Shown piece after piece: positions 48,029-57,520 of a stretch of DNA of 64,000 nt (positions are counted from its first letter, which is position 1; each line of letters starts with the position of its first letter). The stretch is taken from NCBI GenBank assembly GCA_963730185.1, contig CAVSQW010000004.1, forward strand, positions 93,408-157,407, written 5' to 3'. The DNA comes from an uncultured Gemmatimonadales bacterium (lineage in GTDB: Bacteria; Gemmatimonadota; Gemmatimonadetes; Gemmatimonadales; GWC2-71-9). The notes under the pieces are model-generated. The model searched no databases. It had not been told where the DNA came from and was given only the letters and a program-made list of their open reading frames with translations. A program made the position numbers and the translations under genes.

Positions 48029-48691
48029 TCAGGGGCCCTTCTGGTCGCCGTCGCTCCGGCCGTGATCCCCGGCGGGCCGGAAGGTGAGCTTCACCGGCTG
48101 AGTCAACTCCACCCGGAGGGTGACGCCGGCCGGCAACACGACCTGGTCGCCTTTGGTGGCCACCGCGATCCCGGTTCCGGCCGCGGCGCCGATTACCGCT
48201 CCCTCAACCGGCGCCTTGCCGGCCACCTGGCCGAGAACGGCTCCCGCCACGGTGCCGCCGGCGATCTCCAGGGCGCTCTCGGTGGCGTCGTTCTTCCCCT
48301 TGAACCGGAACGGAATCGTGGCGATGGGGGTGTCCCGACCGTCGACCGAGAGGGTCGTCATGCGGACGGTCAGCTCCGGGGCGCCGGCGATCCGGCCGCC
48401 GCCGCGGGCGTGGGTCACCTCGCCGCGGAGAGTGACGCCGCCGGGCAGCGTGTCGCCGGCGCCGACCGCCAAGGGCCCACGGGTGGTCAGGGTCACCTCG
48501 TCACCAACTCGGGCGCTCTCGGTGGACACGGTATGGTCCAGCGTGGCTCGCAGCCTGGTGCCGGCCGGCAGCGTGGCGGTGACCGGCGTGGAGCGGCTGG
48601 TGGTGACCGCCGCCAGCACGCCGATCACGCCCAGCGCCAGCGCGAGCACCCCCACGATCCAGCCCCGCTGTCGAAGAAGTGAGGTAGACAT
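48029..48691 (-). CDS. Membrane-anchored hypothetical protein with TrbI/VirB10-like beta domain and glycine zipper
   Basis: N-terminal TM; LPAGTRL..VST..RVGD and LPAGVTLRVEL; GGTVAGAVLG..GAVIGAAAG. Confidence 0.7.
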   Translation of the reverse strand: MSTSLLRQRGWIVGVLALALGVIGVLAAVTTSRSTPVTATLPAGTRLRATLDHTVSTESARVGDEVTLTTRGPLAVGAGDTLPGGVTLRGEVTHARGGGRIAGAPELTVRMTTLSVDGRDTPIATIPFRFKGKNDATESALEIAGGTVAGAVLGQVAGKAPVEGAVIGAAAGTGIAVATKGDQVVLPAGVTLRVELTQPVKLTFRPAGDHGRSDGDQKGP

Positions 48692-48718
48692 GTGGCCTCC
48701 TGTCCGGGCGGCCGGAGG

Positions 48719-49192
48719 TTAATGCCGGCCGAGGGTGATGTTGAGCCCTCCGGCGATCTGGAAGGTGGAACCGTCCCGCAGGGTCAGACGGGCTTCGCCG
48801 AATGGATGGACCACCCCTCGAAGCGACTCGGCGCCCAGGATCAGATTCGCGCCGCTGTCGGTTGTGTGGCTGCCGTTCGCCCCGGCGGTGGTCAGGTTGA
48901 GGCCGCCCCCGACGTAGAGCCAGTCGCTCCGATCCGTGGTCGGCACCCGGTACTTGAGGTCGACGTTGAGCGCCCAGAGCGAGCCATGGTCCACGAAGTA
49001 GACATCGGCCGAAGGGTAGAACTCGAGGCGGCGCGCCAGCGGGGCGCTGAACTGGGCCCCGATCCCGAACTTCTCGGCGTCGAAGTTGTAACTCAGGTGG
49101 GGGCCGAGGTGCGACCGCGGAGTCTGGGCGTTGGCGAGGCCCGCCGGGAGAGCGAGCAGGGTGACGATCGACGCGGCACGAAGGATTCGCAT
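48719..49192 (-). CDS. Small outer-membrane beta-barrel protein
   Basis: Signal peptide (..PAGLANAQ), alternating strands (FGIGAQF, LYVGGGLN, FQIAGGLNI) and an AGGAG RBS. Confidence 0.8.
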   Translation of the reverse strand: MRILRAASIVTLLALPAGLANAQTPRSHLGPHLSYNFDAEKFGIGAQFSAPLARRLEFYPSADVYFVDHGSLWALNVDLKYRVPTTDRSDWLYVGGGLNLTTAGANGSHTTDSGANLILGAESLRGVVHPFGEARLTLRDGSTFQIAGGLNITLGRH

Positions 49193-49224
49193 CCAGGATC
49201 TCCTTGACGAGGGAAGTGGCGAGG

Positions 49225-50277
49225 TCACGCGACCGGCCGAGGGCCGCCTCCGAGGAGGGCGCTCAGCGGTCGCCAGGAATCGACGGACGTGGCCACGATC
49301 TTGAGCGCGACCAGCAGCGGCACGGTGAGGACGGCGCCGGCGAGGCCCAGCAGCATCCAGAGGAGTAACACGGTGACGAAGGTGACCACCGCGTTGACCG
49401 CGAGCCACCGCTCGAGCAGCAGGGGCGTTACCAGATAGCTCTCCAGCACGTGCACCGTGCCGTAGACCAGTGGAGGCGCCAGCGCGGCGCCGACCGGACC
49501 GAAGGCGGAGAGCGACGCCAGGGCGATGACGACGACGCAGCCGAGGGGGCCGACGTAGGGGATGAAGTTGGCGAGCGCCGCCAGCGCGCCCCACAGTCCC
49601 GGGTCAGGGAGGCCAAGCCAGGCCATGGCCGCCCAGGTCACCAGTCCGACGCCGGCATTGATCACGGCGACGGTGCCGAGGTAGCGGGAAATCTGGTGCT
49701 CGATGGCGTGACTGATACGAACCGCCTCCTCTCGATGCCGTCGTCGTCGGAGGAGGGCCACCAGCCGGTCGGTGAACACGTCGCCGGGGGCCAGCAGCAG
49801 GAACGACAACACCAGGGTCGTGACCACGATCTCGAGAAAGGCCGTGGTTCCTCCGAATAGTTTGGCGACGAGTGGCGCCTCTGCGATTTGCACGCGGGCC
49901 TGTCCGGGGTCGGACAGTCCCGCCGCTTCCTCGAGGGAGCGGGTCACGGTCTGCATCTGCACCACCGGCCGTCCGGCGCGCCGGAAGAGCGTTCCCGCCC
50001 GACGAAGAGCGGCGGGGGCCCGGGTTAACCAGCGAACGGTCGGACCCCGAAGGGCGTAGAGGCCGGCCCCGGCTCCCGCGGTCAACCCGGTCAGCAGGAG
50101 AGCGGCCGCGAGGCCGCCTGGGATCCTGAACCCGCGCATCCGGCGAATGACGGGACTCAAGAGGAAATTCACGAAGACCGCCAGCAGAACCGGCAAGACC
50201 AGGTCGGCGGCCGCGTGAACGGCGAAGAGCACCGCCAGGACGAAGAGCCCCACGACCGCAATCTCGAATGCCCGCAT
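49225..50277 (-). CDS. AI-2E family transporter
   Basis: LPVLLAVFVNFLLSP, ISRYL, NFIPYVGP, ESYLVTP and GAVLTVPL motifs. Confidence 0.92.
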   Translation of the reverse strand: MRAFEIAVVGLFVLAVLFAVHAAADLVLPVLLAVFVNFLLSPVIRRMRGFRIPGGLAAALLLTGLTAGAGAGLYALRGPTVRWLTRAPAALRRAGTLFRRAGRPVVQMQTVTRSLEEAAGLSDPGQARVQIAEAPLVAKLFGGTTAFLEIVVTTLVLSFLLLAPGDVFTDRLVALLRRRRHREEAVRISHAIEHQISRYLGTVAVINAGVGLVTWAAMAWLGLPDPGLWGALAALANFIPYVGPLGCVVVIALASLSAFGPVGAALAPPLVYGTVHVLESYLVTPLLLERWLAVNAVVTFVTVLLLWMLLGLAGAVLTVPLLVALKIVATSVDSWRPLSALLGGGPRPVA

Positions 50278-50351
50278 GCCGGCTCCCGTCGATTGAAAGG
50301 CATAGGGAGGGACGCAAGGGGGTCGACCCGGAGACACATGGGGTCGGGGGA

Positions 50352-50381
50352 TTGACAGATAGTCGTGACAACGACTAAATT
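50352..50381 (+). promoter_or_regulatory. marR promoter TTGACA-N18-TAAATT with palindromic operator TAGTCGT-N4-ACGACTA in the spacer
   Basis: Consensus -35 at 50352-50357, perfect 7-4-7 palindrome at 50360-50377, ATG 6 bp after the -10. Confidence 0.8.
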
Positions 50382-50387
50382 GAGCCC

Positions 50388-50858
50388 ATGACGAGCCGGC
50401 TGCAATCCGAGATCAGGCAACAGGCACCCTGGGGCACCCTGGAGGAAGAGGCTTTCCTCAATCTGGTTCGGACGGTGGACGTCCTGAGCCAGCGGGGGGT
50501 GACCGTGCTCAAGCCGTTCGCCATCACCCCGACCCAGTACAACGTGCTGCGGATCCTCCGCGGGGCGGGGAAGGCGGGGCTTCGATGCGCGGAGATCGCG
50601 GAGCGCTTGGTGACTGACGATCCGGACGTCACCAGGCTCCTCGATCGGCTCGAGAAGCGGGAACTGATTACCCGGATCAGGGAGCCGGACGATCGCCGAG
50701 TCGTGCGGACCCGGATCACCGCGGCCGGTTTGCAGCTCCTCGGTCAGCTCGACGAGCCGGTGACGGCGATGCACCGGGCGTTGCTTGGGCATCTCGGGCG
50801 GAGCCGACTCAAGGAGCTGATTGCGCTGCTCGAGGAGGTTCGGGCCGGCGTCGGTTGA
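50388..50858 (+). CDS. MarR family transcriptional regulator
   Basis: TQYNVLRIL, DVTRLLDRLEKRELI and DDRRVV..IT..G motifs. Confidence 0.95.
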   Translation: MTSRLQSEIRQQAPWGTLEEEAFLNLVRTVDVLSQRGVTVLKPFAITPTQYNVLRILRGAGKAGLRCAEIAERLVTDDPDVTRLLDRLEKRELITRIREPDDRRVVRTRITAAGLQLLGQLDEPVTAMHRALLGHLGRSRLKELIALLEEVRAGVG

Positions 50859-50877
50859 AGTGTTTCTTTTCGGATAA

Positions 50878-50895
50878 TAGTCGTGAGGACGATAA
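50878..50895 (+). promoter_or_regulatory. Second copy of the MarR operator (TAGTCGT-GAGG-ACGATAA) upstream of yceI
   Basis: Same left half-site and spacing as 50360-50377; lies between the marR stop and the yceI AAGGAGG RBS. Confidence 0.75.
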
Positions 50896-50921
50896 ACGTT
50901 CTACCAATCAAGGAGGTCAGC

Positions 50922-51458
50922 ATGCAGTGGTCAATCGACGCCGCCCACTCCACCGTGGAGTTCCGGGTCCGGCACATGGGGATCGCGACGGTCCGAGGCC
51001 AGTTCAAGACGTTCGAGGCGAGGGCCGAGCTCGACGATCAGGGCGCGCTTCAGGGGCTCGAGGCGACCATCGACGTGAAGAGCATCGATACCGGTGTCGA
51101 CCAGCGGGACGACCATCTCCGGTCGCCCGACTTCTTCGACGCCGGTCGGTTCGGGGCCATCACCTTCCGGTCGACGACGGTCGAGGCCGACGGGGCCAAC
51201 CGCTACCAGGTGACCGGCGAGCTGACCATCAGGGACGTGACCCGGCCGGTGACGCTCGCAATCGAGGTCACCGACGTCGTCGCCGATCCGTGGGGCAACC
51301 GGCGGATCGCGGGTGAGGCATCCACGACGATCAACCGGAAGGACTTCGGGCTGACCTGGAATCAGGTGTTGGAGATGGGTGCCCTGCTGGTCGGTGAGGA
51401 CGTGAAGGTGCACCTCGAGGTCGAGGCCGTGGCGCCCCAGGAGGCGGCCGTCTCATGA
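50922..51458 (+). CDS. yceI: YceI family (polyisoprenoid-binding) protein
   Basis: WSIDAAHS, SIDTG..RDDHLRSPDFF, GELTIRDVT, DPWG and INRKDFG motifs. Confidence 0.93.
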   Translation: MQWSIDAAHSTVEFRVRHMGIATVRGQFKTFEARAELDDQGALQGLEATIDVKSIDTGVDQRDDHLRSPDFFDAGRFGAITFRSTTVEADGANRYQVTGELTIRDVTRPVTLAIEVTDVVADPWGNRRIAGEASTTINRKDFGLTWNQVLEMGALLVGEDVKVHLEVEAVAPQEAAVS

Positions 51459-51550
51459 TCTCAACGGGACCATGAGCAGAGAGGGGAGGCGCTCCGCGGC
51501 CTGACGGGAGCGGTCGGGGGCGGGCCTTCCGGAGCGGGGCTCGGCGGGTG

Positions 51551-51574
51551 AAGTTGCATACATTACTGCATCCT
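51551..51574 (+). promoter_or_regulatory. AT-rich motif AAGTTGCATACATTACTGCATCCT upstream of the dehydrogenase-BKACE operon
   Basis: 19/24 identical to 45517-45540; contains TTGCATACA. Confidence 0.45.
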
Positions 51575-51612
51575 TCGGCCCGGGTAGGCCGCGCCCTCCA
51601 ACCCCAGGCTCC

Positions 51613-52599
51613 ATGGCCAAGTCAACGCTCCGAACGGTGGCGGTGGTCGGTACCGGCGTCATCGGCCGGAGTTGGATTCAGGTGTTCGCTCGAGCCGGGC
51701 GCCGAGTGCAGGTCTTCGACGCCGACCCGGCCCAGCTCGAGCGGGCCATGGCCTGGTTCAAGGCCGACCTGAAGAGTCGCCGAGCGCGGAAGGAGCTCAA
51801 GAAGAAGGAGGCGAAGCTCTGGTGGGAGCGGGTCCGGGTCGCGTCGTCGTTGGAGGACGCCGTGGCCGGCGCGGGCTGGGTGCAGGAGAGCGGGCCGGAA
51901 CGCCTCGAGGTCAAGCAGGCGCTCTATGCCGAGCTCGACCGGGTCGCCGAGGCCAAGGCGATTCTGGGGAGCAGCACCTCGGCCATCGACATGACGGACA
52001 TCGCCGCCGGGCTTCCCGGCGCGTGGCGGGCCATCGTCGCCCACCCCATCAACCCGCCTCATGTGGTCCCGGTGGTGGAAGTGCTCGGTGGCCGGGAGAC
52101 GGATCCCCGGGTGGTGCGGAAGACGCTCCGGTTCCTGAGGGATGTCGGGCAGGTCCCCGTGCGGATGAACCGATTCGCGCCGGGGTTCATCCTCAACCGG
52201 ATGCAGGCGGCCTTGGTGCGCGAGGCCGTGGATCTGGTGGCGAGCGGCGTGGCCGATGTCGAGGCCGTCGACACCACCATACGTGACGGGCTCGGGCTCC
52301 GGTGGGCGTTGATGGGGCCGTTCGGCGTCGCCAACACCAACGCGGACGGCGGCGTCCGCGAGTACTTTACCCGGTTCCGCGAGGCCTACCACGGGCTCTG
52401 GGACCAGCTCAATACCGAAACCCGATTCACCGACGAGCTGGTGGAACAGCTCGGGCGGGGCGCCGACCGGATGGCTCCGGCGTCGCTGGCCGACCAGCGG
52501 GCCTGGCGCGACCGGTTGGTCGAGGCGATTCGTACCCTCAAGGCCGACGATCCGATGCCGGCGGGCAAGCCGAAGCCCGCCCGCCGCCGGCGCCGATAG
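51613..52599 (+). CDS. 3-hydroxyacyl-CoA dehydrogenase family (L-gulonate / L-carnitine 3-dehydrogenase-like)
   Basis: GTGVIGRSW, QESGPE..K, SSTS, AHPINPP, GFILNRMQ and GLGLRWALMGPF motifs. Confidence 0.88.
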   Translation: MAKSTLRTVAVVGTGVIGRSWIQVFARAGRRVQVFDADPAQLERAMAWFKADLKSRRARKELKKKEAKLWWERVRVASSLEDAVAGAGWVQESGPERLEVKQALYAELDRVAEAKAILGSSTSAIDMTDIAAGLPGAWRAIVAHPINPPHVVPVVEVLGGRETDPRVVRKTLRFLRDVGQVPVRMNRFAPGFILNRMQAALVREAVDLVASGVADVEAVDTTIRDGLGLRWALMGPFGVANTNADGGVREYFTRFREAYHGLWDQLNTETRFTDELVEQLGRGADRMAPASLADQRAWRDRLVEAIRTLKADDPMPAGKPKPARRRRR

Positions 52600-52647
52600 T
52601 CGGTCAGCGTCGGGTTCCTTTCCGTCACCTTCCACCCCCCGGTCATC

Positions 52648-53613
52648 ATGTCCACCAGCCTCGATCACCTCTGGCGCTACGCCGATACCTACCAGTACCT
52701 GGAGCGGGTGGGGAAGATGCCGCCCGTCATCATCTGCTGCGCCTGCAACGGCGGCGTCCAGGGCAAGGAGGCCAACGACAACCTCCCCGAGACGGCGGAC
52801 GAGATCGCCGACTCGGTCGATGGCGCGTATCGGGCGGGCGCGTCGATGGTGCACATTCACGCCCGCGACCCCAACAACTTCACCCGGCCGGCCACCACCA
52901 CCGAGATCTGGCTGGAGGTGAACCGGAAGGTCCGGGAACGCTGCCCCGACATCATCATCAACAACACCACCGGTGGCGGGCCCGACATGACTATGGAGGA
53001 GCGGCTCCGCTGCCTCCCGGCGGGGCCAGAGGTGGCGTCGCTCAACCTCACGCCCGACATGAGCAAGTTCCGGATCGCGGCCCGGAAGCCGCCGCTGCCG
53101 TTCCCCCGGGACGAGATCGCGTATGACGAGTGCCTGCCGTTCTCGTACAAGCTGGTGAGCCAATTCGCGGCGGAGATGAAAAAGCGGGGCATCAAGCCGG
53201 AGATGGAGACCTACCACAGCGGTGGTGCCTGGGTGATGCACGACCTGATCAAGCAGGGCCTGGTCGAGAAGCCCTACTGGATCCAGACGGTGATGGGCTA
53301 CCAGACTTCGAGCTATGCCACGCCGGAGAACGTGATCAACCTCCTTCGCGAGCTTCCTGAGGGGTCGCTGTGGCTCACCTCGGGCATCGGGCCCCATCAG
53401 CTGCCGATGACCACGCTCGCCATCATTCTCGGTGGCCACGTCCGGGTCGGGCTCGAGGACAACGTGTACTACCAGCGCGGCGAGAAGGCGGCGAGCAACG
53501 CCCAGCTGGTCGAGCGGGCGGCCCGGCTGGCCAACGAGCTCAACCGGGGCGTGGCCACGCCGGCCCAGGCCCGGGCGATGCTCGGCCTGTCGGCGACTCC
53601 CAGTCGCTACTGA
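52648..53613 (+). CDS. Beta-keto acid cleavage enzyme (BKACE / DUF849 / Kce family)
   Basis: NLPET.DEI, AGASMVHIHAR, TTGG, PEVASLN, IKPEME and GGHVRVGLEDN motifs. Confidence 0.93.
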   Translation: MSTSLDHLWRYADTYQYLERVGKMPPVIICCACNGGVQGKEANDNLPETADEIADSVDGAYRAGASMVHIHARDPNNFTRPATTTEIWLEVNRKVRERCPDIIINNTTGGGPDMTMEERLRCLPAGPEVASLNLTPDMSKFRIAARKPPLPFPRDEIAYDECLPFSYKLVSQFAAEMKKRGIKPEMETYHSGGAWVMHDLIKQGLVEKPYWIQTVMGYQTSSYATPENVINLLRELPEGSLWLTSGIGPHQLPMTTLAIILGGHVRVGLEDNVYYQRGEKAASNAQLVERAARLANELNRGVATPAQARAMLGLSATPSRY

Positions 53614-54779
53614 TGGGCCTCGATCTCCGACTCCGCGAGCTGCTGGAGCGGATGGTTCGGACCCGGTCGGTGCTGCCGCACGAGGCCGACATGGCGCGGT
53701 TGGTGGCCGGCGAGCTGGTGGCCATGGGGGTGGAGCCGGTCTGGCAGGAGGTGTCGCCCGAGCGGTCGAACGTGTACTGCACCGTCCGGCTCGGGCCGCG
53801 GCCGGGGCTGGTGACCTTCACGGGCCACCTCGACACCGTCGACGTGGCCGACGGCTGGACGACCGACCCGTTCGAGCCGACCGAGCGCGACGGGCGGCTT
53901 TACGGCCTCGGCGCGCTGGACATGAAGTCCGGTTTGGCGGCCGCGCTCACCGCGTTCCGGCGGCTGCTGGAAGACCGAGGCCGGCACGGCGAGCTGGGCG
54001 AGGTGGGCTTCGCCGCGACGGTGGACGAGGAGGGGCTCGGAACCGGGGCCCGGGCCCTCTTGGGGACTCCCTGCGGCCGGAGCGACCTCATCCTCCTCAC
54101 CGAGCCTTTCTTCGGGGCCGATTCCGACGACCCCGTGCCGATCGCGATGTCGGGCAAGGTGCTCTACCGGATCCTCGTGCGGGGGCGCACGTCGCACGCG
54201 CTCTGTCATCCCGAGCGGGGGATCAACGCGGTGGACGACGCGGCCCGGATCGTGGCGGCGCTCGACCGGCTGCCCCTCGGCGAGCATCCGCTGCTGGGGC
54301 GGGCCAACTACTCCACCCTCAAGATCGACGGCGGATACCGGGAATATGCCGTCGTGGTGCCGGAGCGGTGCGAGGTGATCGTCACCCGGCTGCTCGTTCC
54401 CGGCGAGACCCGTGCCCAGGCGGTGGCGCAGCTGGAGGCGCTGATCGCCGGGCTCGGGCTCCGCTCGCAGGTGACCGTCGAGACCCCGCCTCCGTTCTAC
54501 GGGGCCTACGCCTTAGATCCGGAGTCGCCGGCGTTCCGCCGTTTCCGGGCCGCCTACCAGGCGCGGCTCGGGCGGCCGCCGGTGACGGGCGGGATGCTGG
54601 GGATCGTCGACGCCAATATCTACGTGGCCGAGGGGAACATTCCGACGCTCACCTTCGGTCCGAGGGGGAAGGGGCTGCACGAGGCGGGGGAATACGTCGA
54701 GCTCGACACCATCGAGCCGGTGGTGGACGTGCTGATCGATACGGCCTGGAGACATTGGAACGAGGAGGTAGCAGGGTGA
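53613..54779 (+). CDS. M20 family metallopeptidase / ArgE-DapE-like deacylase
   Basis: GHLDTV, LYGLGALDMKSG, VDEE, TEP, GINA and FGP..LH..GE motifs; TGATG coupling to the upstream gene. Confidence 0.9.
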   Translation: MGLDLRLRELLERMVRTRSVLPHEADMARLVAGELVAMGVEPVWQEVSPERSNVYCTVRLGPRPGLVTFTGHLDTVDVADGWTTDPFEPTERDGRLYGLGALDMKSGLAAALTAFRRLLEDRGRHGELGEVGFAATVDEEGLGTGARALLGTPCGRSDLILLTEPFFGADSDDPVPIAMSGKVLYRILVRGRTSHALCHPERGINAVDDAARIVAALDRLPLGEHPLLGRANYSTLKIDGGYREYAVVVPERCEVIVTRLLVPGETRAQAVAQLEALIAGLGLRSQVTVETPPPFYGAYALDPESPAFRRFRAAYQARLGRPPVTGGMLGIVDANIYVAEGNIPTLTFGPRGKGLHEAGEYVELDTIEPVVDVLIDTAWRHWNEEVAG

Positions 54780-56569
54780 GGTCCGACTCGAGGGGATCGG
54801 CTGGGCGCCGTCGCGGCGGCCCGGTTCGGCGATGGCGGCAAGCGATGATCGTCAGCCTCGGGTTGGCGATGGGGGTGGTCGGTTCAGTGTCGGGACAGGT
54901 CGACACCCGGTTCGGGCTGATGACGCCGATGCGGGACGGGGTCAAGCTGGCCTCGGACATGTGGCTCCCCGCCGCCCCCGGCCGTTACCCGGTCATCCTG
55001 ATCCGGACGCCCTATCTCAAGTCGATGACCGGCCTCCAGACCCCGGTGTTCGGCCGCTACTTCGCCAGCCGCGGCTACGCGGTGGTGGTTCAGGACGTCC
55101 GGGGGCGGGGGGATTCGGAGGGAGATTTCAATTTCTTCTTCCAGGAGGAGCAGGACGGCTACGACACGATCGAGTGGCTGGCGGCCCAGCCCTTCTCGAA
55201 CGGGCGGGTGGGGATGATGGGGGTGTCGTACTTGGGGACGGTGCAGTGGCTGGCGGCCAAGGCGCACCCGCCTCATTTGGTGTGCATGGCGCCGACCGCG
55301 CCCGCGGGGCGGTACCTGGAGGAGCTACCCTTCGAGGGTGGGGCCTTCATGCATCAATGGGCGCTCAACTGGATCAACGACGTCTCGGGGCGAATCTCGC
55401 AGGGACCGAACCTGGCCGGGGTCGACATGAAAGCGGTGTTGGCCCACCGGCCGCTGCTGACCGCCGACTCCGCGATGGGACGGTCGATGCGGCTCTATCG
55501 CGAGTTCCTGACCAATCCGTTGATGACGGACTACTGGAAGCGGATCCAGTTTACGCCCGACGACTTCCGGTCGATCACGATCCCCACCCTCACGGTGACG
55601 GGGTGGTTCGACGGCGATCAGCCGGGCGCGCTCTTCTACTGGCGGGGACTCGAAGCGTACGGCGCCGACCAGGGGCAGCACTGGCTGGTGGCGGGACCCT
55701 GGACGCACGTGCAGACCTTTCTGGGCGGTGGCACCCACCTCGGTGACATGGACTTCGCGCCGGCCTCGGTGATCGACACCAAGGCCTTGCACCTGGCCTT
55801 TTTCGACTGGTGCCTCAAGCAGAGCGCGCCGCGATTCGACCAGCCCAAGGTTCGCCTCTACGTTCCCGGCGCCGAGGCCTGGCAGACCTTCGATCACTAC
55901 CCGCCCGAAGGCGGAGCCGACCGGACCCTCTATCTTTCGAGCGGCGGGCGGGCCAACTCGCTGGCGGGTGACGGGGCCCTCCGCTGGGATGCCCCGGCCG
56001 ACCAGCCGCCCGATCACTTCGTCTACGACCCGAAGCGCCCGGTGCCGTCCTCGGTGGACGGGGGCGAAGGGGCGGGCGAGGACCGCCGGCCGATTCAGCG
56101 GCGGGACGACGTGCTGGTCTATACCAGCGAGGCGCTCACCGAGCCGCTGGAGGTCGCCGGCAACGTCAAGGTGAAGCTGGAGGCCGCCACCGATGGCCGC
56201 GACACCGATTTCACGGCGGCGTTGACCGACGTGTATCCCGACGGCCGGGCGGTGAAGCTGGGACCGGTGGTCGGCATCCGCCGGGGCCGGTACCGGTTCG
56301 GGCCGACCCGGGAGGTGCTGCTCGAGCCGGGCAAGGTGGCGACCTTTCCGATCGAGCTGTACGACATCGCCCATCGGTTCGAGGCGGGGCATCGGATCCG
56401 GATCGAGATCTCGAGCAGCGCCGCCCCGTTGTTCAACCCCAACCAGAACACCGGAAACCCGGTCGCGACCGACACGGCCTGGCGGGTGGCGCGGCAGACC
56501 GTCTATCACGACCGGACCAGGGCGTCGTCGGTGACGTTGCCGGTTCTGAGTCCGAAGCTGGTGCCTTGA
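54776..56569 (+). CDS. CocE/NonD family hydrolase, exported (paralogue of 19434-21179)
   Basis: PMRDGVKL, RTPY, GVSYLG, GWFDGDQPGA and GPWTH motifs. Start GTG 54776 or ATG 54845. Confidence 0.92.
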   Translation: MRSDSRGSAGRRRGGPVRRWRQAMIVSLGLAMGVVGSVSGQVDTRFGLMTPMRDGVKLASDMWLPAAPGRYPVILIRTPYLKSMTGLQTPVFGRYFASRGYAVVVQDVRGRGDSEGDFNFFFQEEQDGYDTIEWLAAQPFSNGRVGMMGVSYLGTVQWLAAKAHPPHLVCMAPTAPAGRYLEELPFEGGAFMHQWALNWINDVSGRISQGPNLAGVDMKAVLAHRPLLTADSAMGRSMRLYREFLTNPLMTDYWKRIQFTPDDFRSITIPTLTVTGWFDGDQPGALFYWRGLEAYGADQGQHWLVAGPWTHVQTFLGGGTHLGDMDFAPASVIDTKALHLAFFDWCLKQSAPRFDQPKVRLYVPGAEAWQTFDHYPPEGGADRTLYLSSGGRANSLAGDGALRWDAPADQPPDHFVYDPKRPVPSSVDGGEGAGEDRRPIQRRDDVLVYTSEALTEPLEVAGNVKVKLEAATDGRDTDFTAALTDVYPDGRAVKLGPVVGIRRGRYRFGPTREVLLEPGKVATFPIELYDIAHRFEAGHRIRIEISSSAAPLFNPNQNTGNPVATDTAWRVARQTVYHDRTRASSVTLPVLSPKLVP

Positions 56570-56605
56570 GGCGCCGGCGCCTACCCGCAAGCGAGGAGAT
56601 CCGAC

Positions 56606-57520
56606 ATGAAACTCTGGCGAACGATCGGGGCGGCGACCGCCGTCCTGGCCGTGGGAGTGCTGGGTATGACTAGTCCGGCGGCGGCGCAGCGGCCGATCAA
56701 GGTGTTCATCTCGATCGACATGGAGGGGATCACCGGGGTGGTGTCGAGCGACCAGCTCGGCCCGGGCTCCTTCGAGTACGACAAGTTCCGGCAGTACATG
56801 ACGTCCGAGGCGCTCGCGGCGATGGCGGGCGCCCGCGAGGCCGGGGCGACCGAGTTCGTGGTGGCCGACTCGCACGGGAACATGCAGAACCTACTGATCG
56901 ATCAGTTCCCGGACGACGTGACCATCATCCGGGGCGGCCCCCGGCCGTGGTCGATGATGCAGGGCATCGACTCGACCTTCTCGGCCGCGATGTTCATCGG
57001 CTACCACGCGGCGACCACCGACACCCTGGGCATCCGGGCCCACACCATGTCGAGCGCGATGTACGCGGGCGTGAAGCTCAACGGCAAGTACGTGCCGGAG
57101 GCCGGGGTCAACGCGGCCCTGGCGGGATCGGTCGGCGTGCCGGTGGTCCTGGTGAGCGGCGACGATCGGGCGGTGGGCGCGGTCAAGGCGCTGCTGGGCG
57201 ACGTCGAGGGCGCGATCGTCAAGCACGCGATCGGCTTTCACGCGGGGGCGACCCTCACGCCGGCGGCCGGTCAGGCGCTGATCAAGGCCAAGGCCAAGGC
57301 CGCCATCGCCCGGCTGTCGAGCTTCCGCCCGTACGTGTTGACCGGACCGTACGTGCTCGACCTGACCTACAAGAACTACCGGCCGGCCGAAGTGATGGCC
57401 TATCTGCCGGGCATCGAGCGGGTCGACGCGCACACCGTGCGGTTCACCGGGCGGACGATGGGGGAAGTCTCCCGCTTCTTGGTCTTCGCCGATACCTACC
57501 GCGGTGACTTGACGCCCTGA
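56606..57520 (+). CDS. M55 family D-aminopeptidase (DppA-like) with signal peptide
   Basis: FISIDMEG, VADSHG, MMQGID, FIGYHA, AHT and VSGDD motifs; GAGGAG RBS. Confidence 0.93.
   Translation: MKLWRTIGAATAVLAVGVLGMTSPAAAQRPIKVFISIDMEGITGVVSSDQLGPGSFEYDKFRQYMTSEALAAMAGAREAGATEFVVADSHGNMQNLLIDQFPDDVTIIRGGPRPWSMMQGIDSTFSAAMFIGYHAATTDTLGIRAHTMSSAMYAGVKLNGKYVPEAGVNAALAGSVGVPVVLVSGDDRAVGAVKALLGDVEGAIVKHAIGFHAGATLTPAAGQALIKAKAKAAIARLSSFRPYVLTGPYVLDLTYKNYRPAEVMAYLPGIERVDAHTVRFTGRTMGEVSRFLVFADTYRGDLTP

Noticed and set aside
48029..48691. Type IV secretion / conjugative element
   Set aside because: Only a lone VirB10-like domain; no VirB4, coupling protein, relaxase or integrase.
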